Source of the DNA: Oceanispirochaeta sp.
GTDB lineage: Bacteria > Spirochaetota > Spirochaetia > DSM-2461
Length of the DNA: 64,000 bases
Direction of reading: 5' to 3'
Assembly (NCBI GenBank): GCA_963666275.2
Contig: CAXXOA010000002.1
Coordinates: 1,568,001 to 1,632,000 of the forward strand
The position numbers were made by a program, and so were the translations under genes. Below are positions 26,959-36,044 of this stretch, piece after piece. Below the pieces are notes generated by a model that did not search any database, was not told the DNA's origin, and worked only from the letters and a program-made list of their open reading frames with translations. The first letter of the stretch is position 1; each line of letters starts with the position of its first letter.

Positions 26959-27810
26959 CTATTCTGCTTCTTCTCTGAAAAACTCTTCCAGAGTTCTTAT
27001 TCCGTATGGGGGAGCCTTCATATCCATGGCCATGGTGGTCAGGAAAAACTCCAGAGGCCCGTAGGTTTTCACTCCTGTGAAGGTCCTGAGAAACCCCAGT
27101 GTCATCCGTCTGAAAATATCGGGAAGGTGGATAATCCTGAGGGGCTTGCCGCAGGCTTGCAGAGCCAGTTCTGCGATGCGGTTCTGGGTGAGAAGATCCG
27201 GTCCTCCCGCTTCCAGTACCTTTTCTGCACTGTCAATGGAGTCTGCTACCACTTCCGCCAGGTCGGCGCCGTGAATGGGGTTGAGGACTTTCTCTCCATC
27301 TCCGAAAAGGTATACCCTTCCCGATTCCGCCATCCTGAGAAAGTCTCCCATATCGGAGAAGAAGCCGTTGGGACGGATGATTGTATAGTCCAGACCCGAC
27401 TGTTTCAGATAGTCACCCAGCTGTTCCTTGGCATCACAGATGGCAAGATTTCTCAGCTTCTCTCCATTGAGCACTGAAATGTAGATGAATTTCCGGACAC
27501 TGTTCCTGATTGCACCGTCAATGAGGTTGGCATTGGCCTGGTAGTCCACATCCATATAGGTCAGGCCGTCTTTCTGGCGCGTAATACCCACAGAACTGAT
27601 GACTGTGTCGATGCTTTCAAAGAGGTGATCCGGAAGGGGGGCTTCGGTTATCCCGGCTTCCACCACTTCCAGAAGGTCATGCCGGATATTCACCTTTGCT
27701 CTGTTTCTCACCACGATCCTGACGGGTATGCCCCTGGAAAGGAGTTCTCCGGCAATATATCCGCCCAGATAGCCTGTGGCTCCCGCAAGAAGTACCGGTT
27801 TCTTTTCCAT
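26959..27810 (-). CDS. Atypical SDR / NAD(P)-binding oxidoreductase (NmrA-like)
   Basis: LAGATGYLG, VDYQAN, TIIRPNGFF, NPIHGADLA. Confidence 0.88.
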   Translation of the reverse strand: MEKKPVLLAGATGYLGGYIAGELLSRGIPVRIVVRNRAKVNIRHDLLEVVEAGITEAPLPDHLFESIDTVISSVGITRQKDGLTYMDVDYQANANLIDGAIRNSVRKFIYISVLNGEKLRNLAICDAKEQLGDYLKQSGLDYTIIRPNGFFSDMGDFLRMAESGRVYLFGDGEKVLNPIHGADLAEVVADSIDSAEKVLEAGGPDLLTQNRIAELALQACGKPLRIIHLPDIFRRMTLGFLRTFTGVKTYGPLEFFLTTMAMDMKAPPYGIRTLEEFFREEAE

Positions 27811-27977
27811 ATCAGAATCCTCCGTAAGTCAGTAAATTCTCCAGCAATATCACTATCATATCCCAAAACAGGAAAAGGGGAAGTACACTTTCCAGGAAAT
27901 AGTTCCCTCGCCCCTTTGTATTTCACGTCTATGTCGAAGGATTCCTGTTCTCACTTTTATCTGCTACTCTTTGCCCT

Positions 27978-28634
27978 ATGATGAATCAGGATACAGTGAT
28001 TGAGAAAACAGCAGGGTATGTCAAAGAGGTCCTGTCCGAAGCCGAAGGGGGCCATGACTGGTGGCACATCCACCGGGTGTGGAAGCTGTCCCGGCATATT
28101 GCCCGGTCTGAAAAAGGGGATATGTTTATTGTGGAGCTGGGGGCTCTGCTCCATGACATTGCGGATTCCAAATTCCACGGGGGGAATGAAGAGCTGGGCC
28201 CCCGGAGGGCAGGGGAGTTTCTGAAAACCCTGGATCTGGAAGAAGATGTGATTCTCCACGTACAGAACATCATTGCCCATATCTCCTTTAAAGGCGGAAA
28301 GGAGGTTCAGACATTCCGGTCTCCCGAGCTGGATATTGTTCAGGATGCGGACCGTCTGGATGCTCTGGGAGCCATAGGTATTGCCAGAACATTCAATTAC
28401 GGGGGCCATAAAGGCAGAGAAATCTATAACCCTCATATAAAACCCGACCTGAATATGACGAAAGAGGAGTATAAAAGCAGCAGGGCTCCCAGTCTCAACC
28501 ATTTTTATGAAAAACTCCTGCTCCTGAAAGACAGAATGAATACCCCCACAGGCCGGGCTCTGGCGGAACATCGCCACAGGTATATGGAATCTTTTCTGGA
28601 AGAGTTCTACAGGGAGTGGGAGGGAATCCTTTAG
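27978..28634 (+). CDS. HD-domain phosphohydrolase
   Basis: GHDWWHIHRV, ALLHDIAD, VQDADRLDALGAIGIAR, HFYEKLL. Confidence 0.92.
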   Translation: MMNQDTVIEKTAGYVKEVLSEAEGGHDWWHIHRVWKLSRHIARSEKGDMFIVELGALLHDIADSKFHGGNEELGPRRAGEFLKTLDLEEDVILHVQNIIAHISFKGGKEVQTFRSPELDIVQDADRLDALGAIGIARTFNYGGHKGREIYNPHIKPDLNMTKEEYKSSRAPSLNHFYEKLLLLKDRMNTPTGRALAEHRHRYMESFLEEFYREWEGIL

Positions 28635-28779
28635 CAGTCGAAATCCCGAGGACTCCCGTTCTATTGTTGCCGGCAGGGGAATTGCTATATAATAAAAATG
28701 CCGGATCATTATTCCCCGGTTGGGGGCCGCCGGCTGTCAGAAAAAGGATTCGTACAAAAGATCTGTACCGGGAGGATAA

Positions 28780-29133
28780 ATGAAAAAGTTATTGGTTTTA
28801 AGTATTTTCTTGGCAACATTCCAGCTGTCTGCCCTGGAGATTCCCGAGGGAATGTATACGGTGGAGGATTTATACGGGGATGTGGGAACCTGCCTGATCC
28901 GGAACAGTACAATGACAATCGAAGATGAGAGCATGGCATACACCATCGAGGGTTCTGTTATGACTTACGCTACCGGAGAAACCCTCACCGTCAGGTTAAC
29001 AGACGCGGGATTTGAACTGTATCTGTCAAAAGAGCAGTTTTTTGCAGAGCTCCCGGAGGATCAGTCCGGCGTGAGTGAAGAGCTCATCGAGATGATGACA
29101 GGTCAACCTGTTATGAGCTTCGTCAGGCAATAG
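28780..29133 (+). CDS. Hypothetical secreted protein
   Basis: GGGAGG RBS; signal peptide MKKLLVLSIFLATFQLSA. Confidence 0.7.
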   Translation: MKKLLVLSIFLATFQLSALEIPEGMYTVEDLYGDVGTCLIRNSTMTIEDESMAYTIEGSVMTYATGETLTVRLTDAGFELYLSKEQFFAELPEDQSGVSEELIEMMTGQPVMSFVRQ

Positions 29134-29143
29134 GACCATTATT

Positions 29144-29608
29144 ATGATTGAAGAAAGCATCAGATTGAAGAATCTTATCGAAGACGTTTATGAAAGGTAT
29201 CATGACCTGGATGAGAGTTTCTGTTCTATTCAACTCACTGATGATAAATGGTCGGTCAAGGAGATCTTCGGGCACCTTGTGGACTCGGCGGCCAATAACT
29301 ATCAGCGTTTTGTGAGGCTTCAGGAAACAGAGGAGCTTCAATTTCCCGGGTATGACTATAACTGGGTGAAGATAATCAGATACAACTCCTTTCCCTATGA
29401 TCAGCTTCTGGAGCTATGGAAGCAGTATAATCTGCTGATTTGCCATATCTTCACGAATATTCAGGATGCGGAAAGATCACATGTCTGGCTTTACGATACC
29501 GAAAGACTAACCCTGGAGTTCCTTGTGAAAGATTACATTGACCATATGCTGATCCATCATGACCAGCTGGCAGAAAGGATCCGGGAAATCGGGGAATCCC
29601 CCGAATAG
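29144..29608 (+). CDS. DinB family protein
   Basis: KWSVKEIFGHLVDSAANN...DYIDHMLIHH. Confidence 0.88.
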   Translation: MIEESIRLKNLIEDVYERYHDLDESFCSIQLTDDKWSVKEIFGHLVDSAANNYQRFVRLQETEELQFPGYDYNWVKIIRYNSFPYDQLLELWKQYNLLICHIFTNIQDAERSHVWLYDTERLTLEFLVKDYIDHMLIHHDQLAERIREIGESPE

Positions 29609-29620
29609 GAGACTCAGGCT

Positions 29621-30127
29621 ATGACCGAAGACATCCAGAGTGTGAGAGTTATTCATACCGACGGGAAAGATCCTGTCTTTGTCAATCTGTGTGTTCTGCT
29701 GGACGAAAGCCTGGATGAACTGGTGGGAGGCGCTGTACAGAGAGAACAGTACGTCCCTTTCAATAAGCTGGATGACATTCATAATGCCGTTATTCTGTAT
29801 CTGGGAGATGAACCTGTGGCTTCCGGCGCTTTCCGCCACTATCAGGAGGACTGTGCGGAAATCAAGCGGGTTTTTGTCAAACCATCCCACCGGGGCCGGG
29901 GGCTTTCCAGGATTCTGATGGATGAGCTGGAGTCCAGAGCCTGGAGAGAGGGATACAGGCGGCTGATTCTGGAAACAGGGGCGCCCCTGATCGCGGCGGG
30001 CCATCTCTACAGGAACATCGGGTTCAGAAGGATTGAAAACTACGGCCCCTATGCGGGGATGGAAGAGTCTGTGTGTATGGAGAAAGAGCTGGACAGAGAG
30101 AAACAGGAAATACAGGAACGGGAATGA
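29621..30127 (+). CDS. GNAT N-acetyltransferase
   Basis: AEIKRVFVKPSHRGRGLS...LILETG...LYRNIGF. Confidence 0.9.
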   Translation: MTEDIQSVRVIHTDGKDPVFVNLCVLLDESLDELVGGAVQREQYVPFNKLDDIHNAVILYLGDEPVASGAFRHYQEDCAEIKRVFVKPSHRGRGLSRILMDELESRAWREGYRRLILETGAPLIAAGHLYRNIGFRRIENYGPYAGMEESVCMEKELDREKQEIQERE

Positions 30128-30267
30128 CAGATAAAAGTGATATACAGAAAATAGTCCACGATTCCTATTGGACAGATGATGTGAACTGTGCCACCACCAT
30201 GCTGAGAGTCCTGTCGGCGGCTTTCAGGAGTCTGATCCTGAACACCTTTGCGAAGAACTCACTCTGA
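30124..30267 (+). pseudogene. Truncated C-GCAxxG-C-C family remnant (47 aa)
   Basis: ATGA-coupled to the GNAT gene; HDSYWTDDVNCATTML resembles the family N-terminus, but the central CGA motif is absent. Confidence 0.5.
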
Positions 30268-30384
30268 AGTCTGCGGTCTGGGCTGCGGGATTTCTGGAGC
30301 AGAAGATCAATACTTTTGTCCTGAATCGCCGAAGCTGACCTGTCTTTCACTCCGTCTGATTTACTTTGCATAAGGAGTTTTCTG

Positions 30385-31131
30385 GTGAGCAGTACATCTT
30401 TCATTATCGATATCGACGGGACCCTACTGGACGGTACCCGGGAACTCAATCATGGCGCCGCCTTCCTCAGGTCCCTGCAGCAGTCGGACCGGAATTTTCT
30501 CCTGGCTACCAATTCCATCAAATCCCATGAGGTTCAGGTTGAGAGGTTCCGGAATCTCCAGGTCTCTGTTCCGCCGGAACGCATCTACTCTCCCATAGAC
30601 TCGATCAATCAGATGATGGGAGAAAAGGGCATCCGCAATGTCCTTGTGATAGGAAGCCCTGATGAGATAAACCAGATCCGGGCGGATCATACATGGGAGT
30701 CCCCCGAACTTGTGGTCCTCCTGGATTTTGAAAAAGAGAACTTCGGGTACAGGGAACTTCAGAAAATCGTGCAGCATCTTGAAAAGGGATGTCCTCTTGT
30801 TTCCGCATCGGCCTCTCCCTTCTATCTGAAAGAGGGAAAAAAGCAGATTGATACGGGAGCCTTTGTAGCCCTTCTGGAATCTGTCACCGGTCAGAAAACC
30901 GAGATACTGGGCAAACCCTCGCTTCGGTATTTTCTGGGAGCCCGTTCTCTCCTGGCCGCGGGGAATGATCCTGTGACGGTTATCGGTGATGACTGGCAGA
31001 CCGATGTGGCCGGAGCCAAAGAGGCGGGTTTCTATTCAGTCCTGGTAAAGTCGGGCAAGTACCGGCCGGGAGATGAGCACAGGGGCTGCCCAGACCGGCT
31101 GACAGATGACCTCCGGGAACTTTTGTACTGA
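30385..31131 (+). CDS. HAD-IIA family hydrolase (NagD-like)
   Basis: DIDGTL, ATNS, GKPS, VIGDDWQTDVAGA, VKSGKY. Confidence 0.9.
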   Translation: MSSTSFIIDIDGTLLDGTRELNHGAAFLRSLQQSDRNFLLATNSIKSHEVQVERFRNLQVSVPPERIYSPIDSINQMMGEKGIRNVLVIGSPDEINQIRADHTWESPELVVLLDFEKENFGYRELQKIVQHLEKGCPLVSASASPFYLKEGKKQIDTGAFVALLESVTGQKTEILGKPSLRYFLGARSLLAAGNDPVTVIGDDWQTDVAGAKEAGFYSVLVKSGKYRPGDEHRGCPDRLTDDLRELLY

Positions 31132-31156
31132 AGGATTCACTCCGGATGGGAAAGCC

Positions 31157-32062
31157 ATGAACTGCGAAGAGATCTACAATCAGAGGATCAACAGAGCCAT
31201 AGACTTTATTTCGGAGAACCTGGAATCCAACCTGACTATCGAAGAGATCAGCAGGGAAGCCGGCTTTTCCACCTACCATTTTCATAGAATCTTCCGGGCT
31301 TTTACTGGGGAATCCCTCTATGCCTTTGTGAGCAGACTGCGTGTTGAAAAGGCCGCTTCCCTTTTTCTTACCGCAACCGGAACCATCACAGAAACAGCAT
31401 TCCAGGTGGGATTCAATGACGGGGCAGTGTTTGCCCGGGCATTTAAAAAACGCTTCGGCTGTTCCGCCTCTCAGTGGAGGAAAGGAAAAAGCAGGAATCA
31501 TCAAGCCGAAGAATCTCCTGAAGCCTATACTACCATCAGCAGAGAAGGGGGAACGCCTCTGCTGCCAGACAGGGTTTATATCAGGGATATGCCGGAGAGG
31601 CATCTTCTCTATCTGAGAGATTTCGGACCTTTTGCAGGAGATTACAGGAAGATCCTGAGGCTTCACAGACGACTGCTGGAGATTCTGCAGACCCGGCAGA
31701 TCCTATGGTGCCGTCAGGAAGGATACTTTCTTGTTTTTCATGATTCTATGGGGATCACCGCCAATGAGAAGTTGCGAATCTCCTATGGAGTTCTTACGGA
31801 TCAGGAGGTTCCGGAAAATCTGCCTCTGGGGGCTTTGAAAATCCCCGGCCATACCTGTCTTATGACTCAGTTTACTCTGGATAACAGGGAATACGGGATG
31901 GCCTGGACCGAGGTTTTCCGCAGGATCCTTCCCGCTGAAGGGCTGGAGGCTGCGGATGGTCCCTGCTTTGAGAACTACAGGGAGGACTGCTATAACGGAA
32001 CAACCGGGAAAACAGAAGTCACTATCGGGATTCCCGTGAAGCCTTTGGGAAGGAGAATATAA
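31157..32062 (+). CDS. AraC-family regulator with GyrI-like effector domain
   Basis: RINRAIDFI...GFSTYHFHRIF...FARAFKKRFG; C-terminal GPCFENY. Start placed at ATG 31157. Confidence 0.9.
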   Translation: MNCEEIYNQRINRAIDFISENLESNLTIEEISREAGFSTYHFHRIFRAFTGESLYAFVSRLRVEKAASLFLTATGTITETAFQVGFNDGAVFARAFKKRFGCSASQWRKGKSRNHQAEESPEAYTTISREGGTPLLPDRVYIRDMPERHLLYLRDFGPFAGDYRKILRLHRRLLEILQTRQILWCRQEGYFLVFHDSMGITANEKLRISYGVLTDQEVPENLPLGALKIPGHTCLMTQFTLDNREYGMAWTEVFRRILPAEGLEAADGPCFENYREDCYNGTTGKTEVTIGIPVKPLGRRI

Positions 32063-32065
32063 TCT

Positions 32066-32839
32066 ATGGCAAATTTTATGGAACTTACGGAACAGAATAT
32101 ATCTTCAGAGCACATATGCTGTGCATTTTCGGATAAAAAGTGCCGGGACAGTTATGAGGAGAAGAAAAGGTGGCTTACCCGGGAATTCGCACATGGCTAT
32201 AAATTCCTGCGTCTCAACGAAAGAGCCAAAGTCTTTATGGAGTACGGACCGGCGGAAAATGCCTGGCTGCCAATCCGGGCGGAGAACTGTCTGAATATCA
32301 ACTGTTTCTGGGTTTCCGGAAAATATAAGGGTACCGGCCTGGGGAAGGAGCTTCTGGACAGAGTTGTTGCTGATGCCCGGGCCATGGGGCGGGCCGGCCT
32401 GGTGACTGTGGCGGGGAAAAAGAAATTTCACTTTATGAGCGATGGGAAATGGCTCCGGAATCAGGGGTTTTCCGTGGTGGATGAAACGGAAAGCGGGTTT
32501 CTCCTTCTTGCCAGATCCCTGGACGGCAGATCCCCGGAGGCGCACTTTCTTCCAGGGGCAAAAAAAGGGACCTGCCCGGTGACGGAGGGGCTGACCGTAT
32601 ACTTTTCAAACCGCTGTCCCTATGCGGAGTATCATGTGAGAGAGTCTCTGACCGAAACGGCGGCAAAAAGGAATCTGCCCCTGCGCATTGTCAAGCTTGA
32701 AACAGTGGAACAGGCTCAGGAGTCCCCGACACCTGCCACTATATTCAGTCTGTTTTACAGAGGCGTTTTCCTTACGACGGATCTGAGTGTCTGTCTGGAC
32801 AGCAGATTCGAAAGGTTCCGGGAAAAAGCAGGGTTCTGA
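32066..32839 (+). CDS. GNAT acetyltransferase with C-terminal YoaP-like domain
   Basis: EHICCA, INCFWVSGKYKGTGLG, NRCPY, AQESPTPATIFSLFYRG. Confidence 0.85.
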   Translation: MANFMELTEQNISSEHICCAFSDKKCRDSYEEKKRWLTREFAHGYKFLRLNERAKVFMEYGPAENAWLPIRAENCLNINCFWVSGKYKGTGLGKELLDRVVADARAMGRAGLVTVAGKKKFHFMSDGKWLRNQGFSVVDETESGFLLLARSLDGRSPEAHFLPGAKKGTCPVTEGLTVYFSNRCPYAEYHVRESLTETAAKRNLPLRIVKLETVEQAQESPTPATIFSLFYRGVFLTTDLSVCLDSRFERFREKAGF

Positions 32840-32927
32840 ATCCTTCCCCGTCTTCATCAACCGCCGCTTACAAATGATAGGATCTGTTTGCTTTTTGAGA
32901 ACACCTGGCATATGATTTAATTATGTT

Positions 32928-35600
32928 ATGAGAATGCCGACGGATATGAGGACACAATTCCTTCGCGGGCTTTCATTCAGCCTGCTATTCTCTGTTATTC
33001 TCAGTAGTTTTCCCCTGGCGGGGGAAGAAAAAAAGACGATCCTTTTTCTGGATTCCTATCATCCCGGCTATCTCTGGTCGGAGGATCTGAAATCCGGTCT
33101 TTTTGATAACCTCAGCTTTGACCAACCCGATTACAATTTTTTTATAGAGTATCTGGATACCAAAAAATATGACTCGGAAACTCTTTTTCCCTTGCTGGTG
33201 AACTCCTTTGAAAAGAAGTACTCCGAACAGAGACCGGATATTCTGATCTCTTCAGATAACAACGCCTTCTCTTTTCTGAAACTCTATAGAGACCGTATCT
33301 TTCCCGGTGTTCCCGTGGTTTTCTGCGGGGTGAATAATTTTGAGGATACCATGCTGGAGGGCTTTTCCGATGCCACAGGGATTGTGGAGGAAGCCTCCTA
33401 TAGGGAAACTCTGGAACTGGCTTTGACCCTTTTCCCAGAAACAGAGAGAGTGTTCAGTGTGGCAGGAAGCTCCGAAACGGGGAAATCCAATGTGGTCGGG
33501 GTCCGCAGGGCTTTTGGAGAACTCGGCAGGGAGGATCTTGAATTTTCCGAACTCCATGATATTACCCTGGAGGAGTTTGCTTCGGAGTTTCAGAGGATTC
33601 CCGAACACAGCGTTATTATCTATTCGGGGCTGCACCGGGATTCGATAGGCAAGACCTTCGGCAGTGTCCGGGACTCTCTGGAGTTTATCCGGCAGAATAC
33701 GGATCAGCCCGTTTTTTCCATGTGGAGCCAGCACCTTCCCTTCTGCTTCGGCGGGGTTATGATCAGTGGACGATCCCAGGGACGCAGCGCTTCAGAAATT
33801 GCTCTGAGGATTCTGCAGGGTGAGAATGTGAAGGATATTCCCATTATCAGAGAGAGTCCCAACCGGCCCATGGTCAATTACGAGGAGCTGAGCAGATTCG
33901 AAATTGATCAGAAAGCCCTTCCGGAGGGAACAGTTCTTATAAACCTGCCGCCCCCTTCTCTGTACTCCCAGTATAAACAGGAGTTCTGGTTTATTCTGAT
34001 TATTTTCCTGACTCTGATTCTTCTTGTGATCACTCTTCTTTTTATGCTCTCCTACAGAGATATGGCTCTGAAAAAGAAAAGCCGGGTCTGGAACCATATC
34101 AGTGCCATATTTGATTCCATGCCTTCCTCTCTCATCGGTGTGGATCTCTCTCTGCGGATTTCCCAGTGGAATACCTCTGCAGAAAAGCGGTCGGGAATCC
34201 CGAAAGAGAAGGCTGTGGGCAAGCCTCTGGAGGAGTTCTACAGCTCTTTCCCCTGCAACTTTGATCAGGTCCGCCGTGCGGTCCTTTCTCAGAAATCTTT
34301 TATGGAAAGGAACATCAGGGTTGAAAAAGAAGATGGGGATATTTATGAAGATATTACGGTGTTTCCCCTGGTATCAGACGAGGTAACAGGAGCTGTCATC
34401 CGTATTGATGATGTGAGTGAACGGATGAGGCTGGATGAACTGGAACTGCAGAGTAAGAATCTTCAGGACCAGCTGATTCAGTCCCAGAAGATGGATTCCA
34501 TCGGAAGGCTGGCAGGCGGTGTCTCCCATGATCTGAATAATCTGCTGGTGCCTATCATCGGGTATTCCGAAATCCTTCTGAATGATGAAAACCTGACCCG
34601 TCGCCAGAAGGATGTTCTCGGAGAGGTGCTGAAGGCTGGAATCCGTTCCCAGGATTTGATTCGCCAGCTTCTGGCATTCAGCCGTAAACAGGTTCTTGAA
34701 GTGAAACAGCTGGATCTTAACGGAGTCATCCGGGACTTCGGAAAACTCCTTCGCAGGACAATCAAGGAAAACATAACCATACACTATAACCTCAGCGACA
34801 GACCTCTTCATATTATGGCCGACAGAGGGCAGATAGAGCAGGTTCTGATGAATCTTGTCGTCAACGCCGCAGATGCTCTTCCCGAGGGCGGTTCTATTGA
34901 AATCCGGACAGCCCTTCTGATGAACACTCCTCAGAGCAGCGAGGGAGACCGTTCTGTTCTTCTGGCCATTCACGACAACGGGGCCGGTATGGATGAGCTT
35001 GTGACCTCAAAGATTTTTGAACCTTTCTTTTCAACCAAGGGAAGTGCGGGAACCGGACTGGGACTGGCCACGGTCCACGGCATCATCCGTCAGCACAACG
35101 GGGATATCAATGTGGACAGCGCCCCCGGTAAGGGAACCACATTCAATATATATCTGCCATTCAGAGAGAAGGATCTGAAGAAATCAGAACCGATCAGCTA
35201 TGAAGTCCATGAAGAAAGATTCATTAAGGGAAGCGAAACCATTCTGGTGGTTGAAGATAATCCCCAGGTGCTGAGTCTGTCCCGGGAAGTCCTGGAAAAG
35301 AACGGCTATAAAGTCATAACCGCTTCAAGCAGCAGCCTGGCTCTTCCTGTTATCGAAGAGAATGATCTGGATCTGCTCCTCACGGATATTGTCATGCCTG
35401 AAATCAACGGAAAAGAGCTCTATTCCCAGGCCTGCCGGAAAAAACCGGAGCTGAAGGTTCTGTATATGTCGGGGTACAATGATAAGATTATTACCCATAT
35501 AGAGGGGGAGGAGTTCGATATCCCCTTTATACAGAAACCCTTTACGGAAAAACAGCTCCTGCAGAAAATCAGATACGCTCTGGAACAGGATCCATCCTGA
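32928..35600 (+). CDS. Membrane hybrid histidine kinase with periplasmic ABC substrate-binding-like sensor, PAS and REC
   Basis: LDSYHPGYLWS...PVVFCGVN sensor, TM helix, PAS, LAGGVSHDLNN, GTGLGL, REC VVEDN...DIVMP. Confidence 0.92.
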   Translation: MRMPTDMRTQFLRGLSFSLLFSVILSSFPLAGEEKKTILFLDSYHPGYLWSEDLKSGLFDNLSFDQPDYNFFIEYLDTKKYDSETLFPLLVNSFEKKYSEQRPDILISSDNNAFSFLKLYRDRIFPGVPVVFCGVNNFEDTMLEGFSDATGIVEEASYRETLELALTLFPETERVFSVAGSSETGKSNVVGVRRAFGELGREDLEFSELHDITLEEFASEFQRIPEHSVIIYSGLHRDSIGKTFGSVRDSLEFIRQNTDQPVFSMWSQHLPFCFGGVMISGRSQGRSASEIALRILQGENVKDIPIIRESPNRPMVNYEELSRFEIDQKALPEGTVLINLPPPSLYSQYKQEFWFILIIFLTLILLVITLLFMLSYRDMALKKKSRVWNHISAIFDSMPSSLIGVDLSLRISQWNTSAEKRSGIPKEKAVGKPLEEFYSSFPCNFDQVRRAVLSQKSFMERNIRVEKEDGDIYEDITVFPLVSDEVTGAVIRIDDVSERMRLDELELQSKNLQDQLIQSQKMDSIGRLAGGVSHDLNNLLVPIIGYSEILLNDENLTRRQKDVLGEVLKAGIRSQDLIRQLLAFSRKQVLEVKQLDLNGVIRDFGKLLRRTIKENITIHYNLSDRPLHIMADRGQIEQVLMNLVVNAADALPEGGSIEIRTALLMNTPQSSEGDRSVLLAIHDNGAGMDELVTSKIFEPFFSTKGSAGTGLGLATVHGIIRQHNGDINVDSAPGKGTTFNIYLPFREKDLKKSEPISYEVHEERFIKGSETILVVEDNPQVLSLSREVLEKNGYKVITASSSSLALPVIEENDLDLLLTDIVMPEINGKELYSQACRKKPELKVLYMSGYNDKIITHIEGEEFDIPFIQKPFTEKQLLQKIRYALEQDPS

Positions 35601-35993
35601 TCAGAACTGGCTTATCCATTTTTCCGCCTCTTCCGGGGAGGAGAATGAGGCCATGATTACCCCGTAGTCAAGGAAGGCTTTTCGATAATTCCTCTGATTC
35701 AGTTTACTGCTGAAGTCTTCGGGTTCCACAATGGCCCAGTACTTCCAGCCCGACTGAAGGGCAAAGGGAAGCCAGGTTTCATCGATCCAATCCGCGGCTT
35801 CTTCGCAGATCCTGCCGTTTTTCCTGTTATCAGATATCCACTTGCATATTTTTTTATCAGCCAGATAGGCCGTTCCTGTGAGAAGGAGTTCCTGCCATTC
35901 GGCAAAAGAGTTATTCCTTTTCAGTATATGCCGCATGGACTGGAGCTCTTCCAGGTATTCCAGAATATATCCGTCTGTTTCTTTAAGAATCAC
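35601..35993 (-). CDS. Hypothetical protein, STAS/SpoIIAA-like
   Basis: KWISDNRK...WIDETWLP...GWKYWAIV...FSSPEEAEKWI pattern. Confidence 0.65.
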   Translation of the reverse strand: MILKETDGYILEYLEELQSMRHILKRNNSFAEWQELLLTGTAYLADKKICKWISDNRKNGRICEEAADWIDETWLPFALQSGWKYWAIVEPEDFSSKLNQRNYRKAFLDYGVIMASFSSPEEAEKWISQF

Positions 35994-36044
35994 AAAGGCA
36001 TCTTACCGGATTTTTCCAATCTTCATCAATACAGACAAAATATT

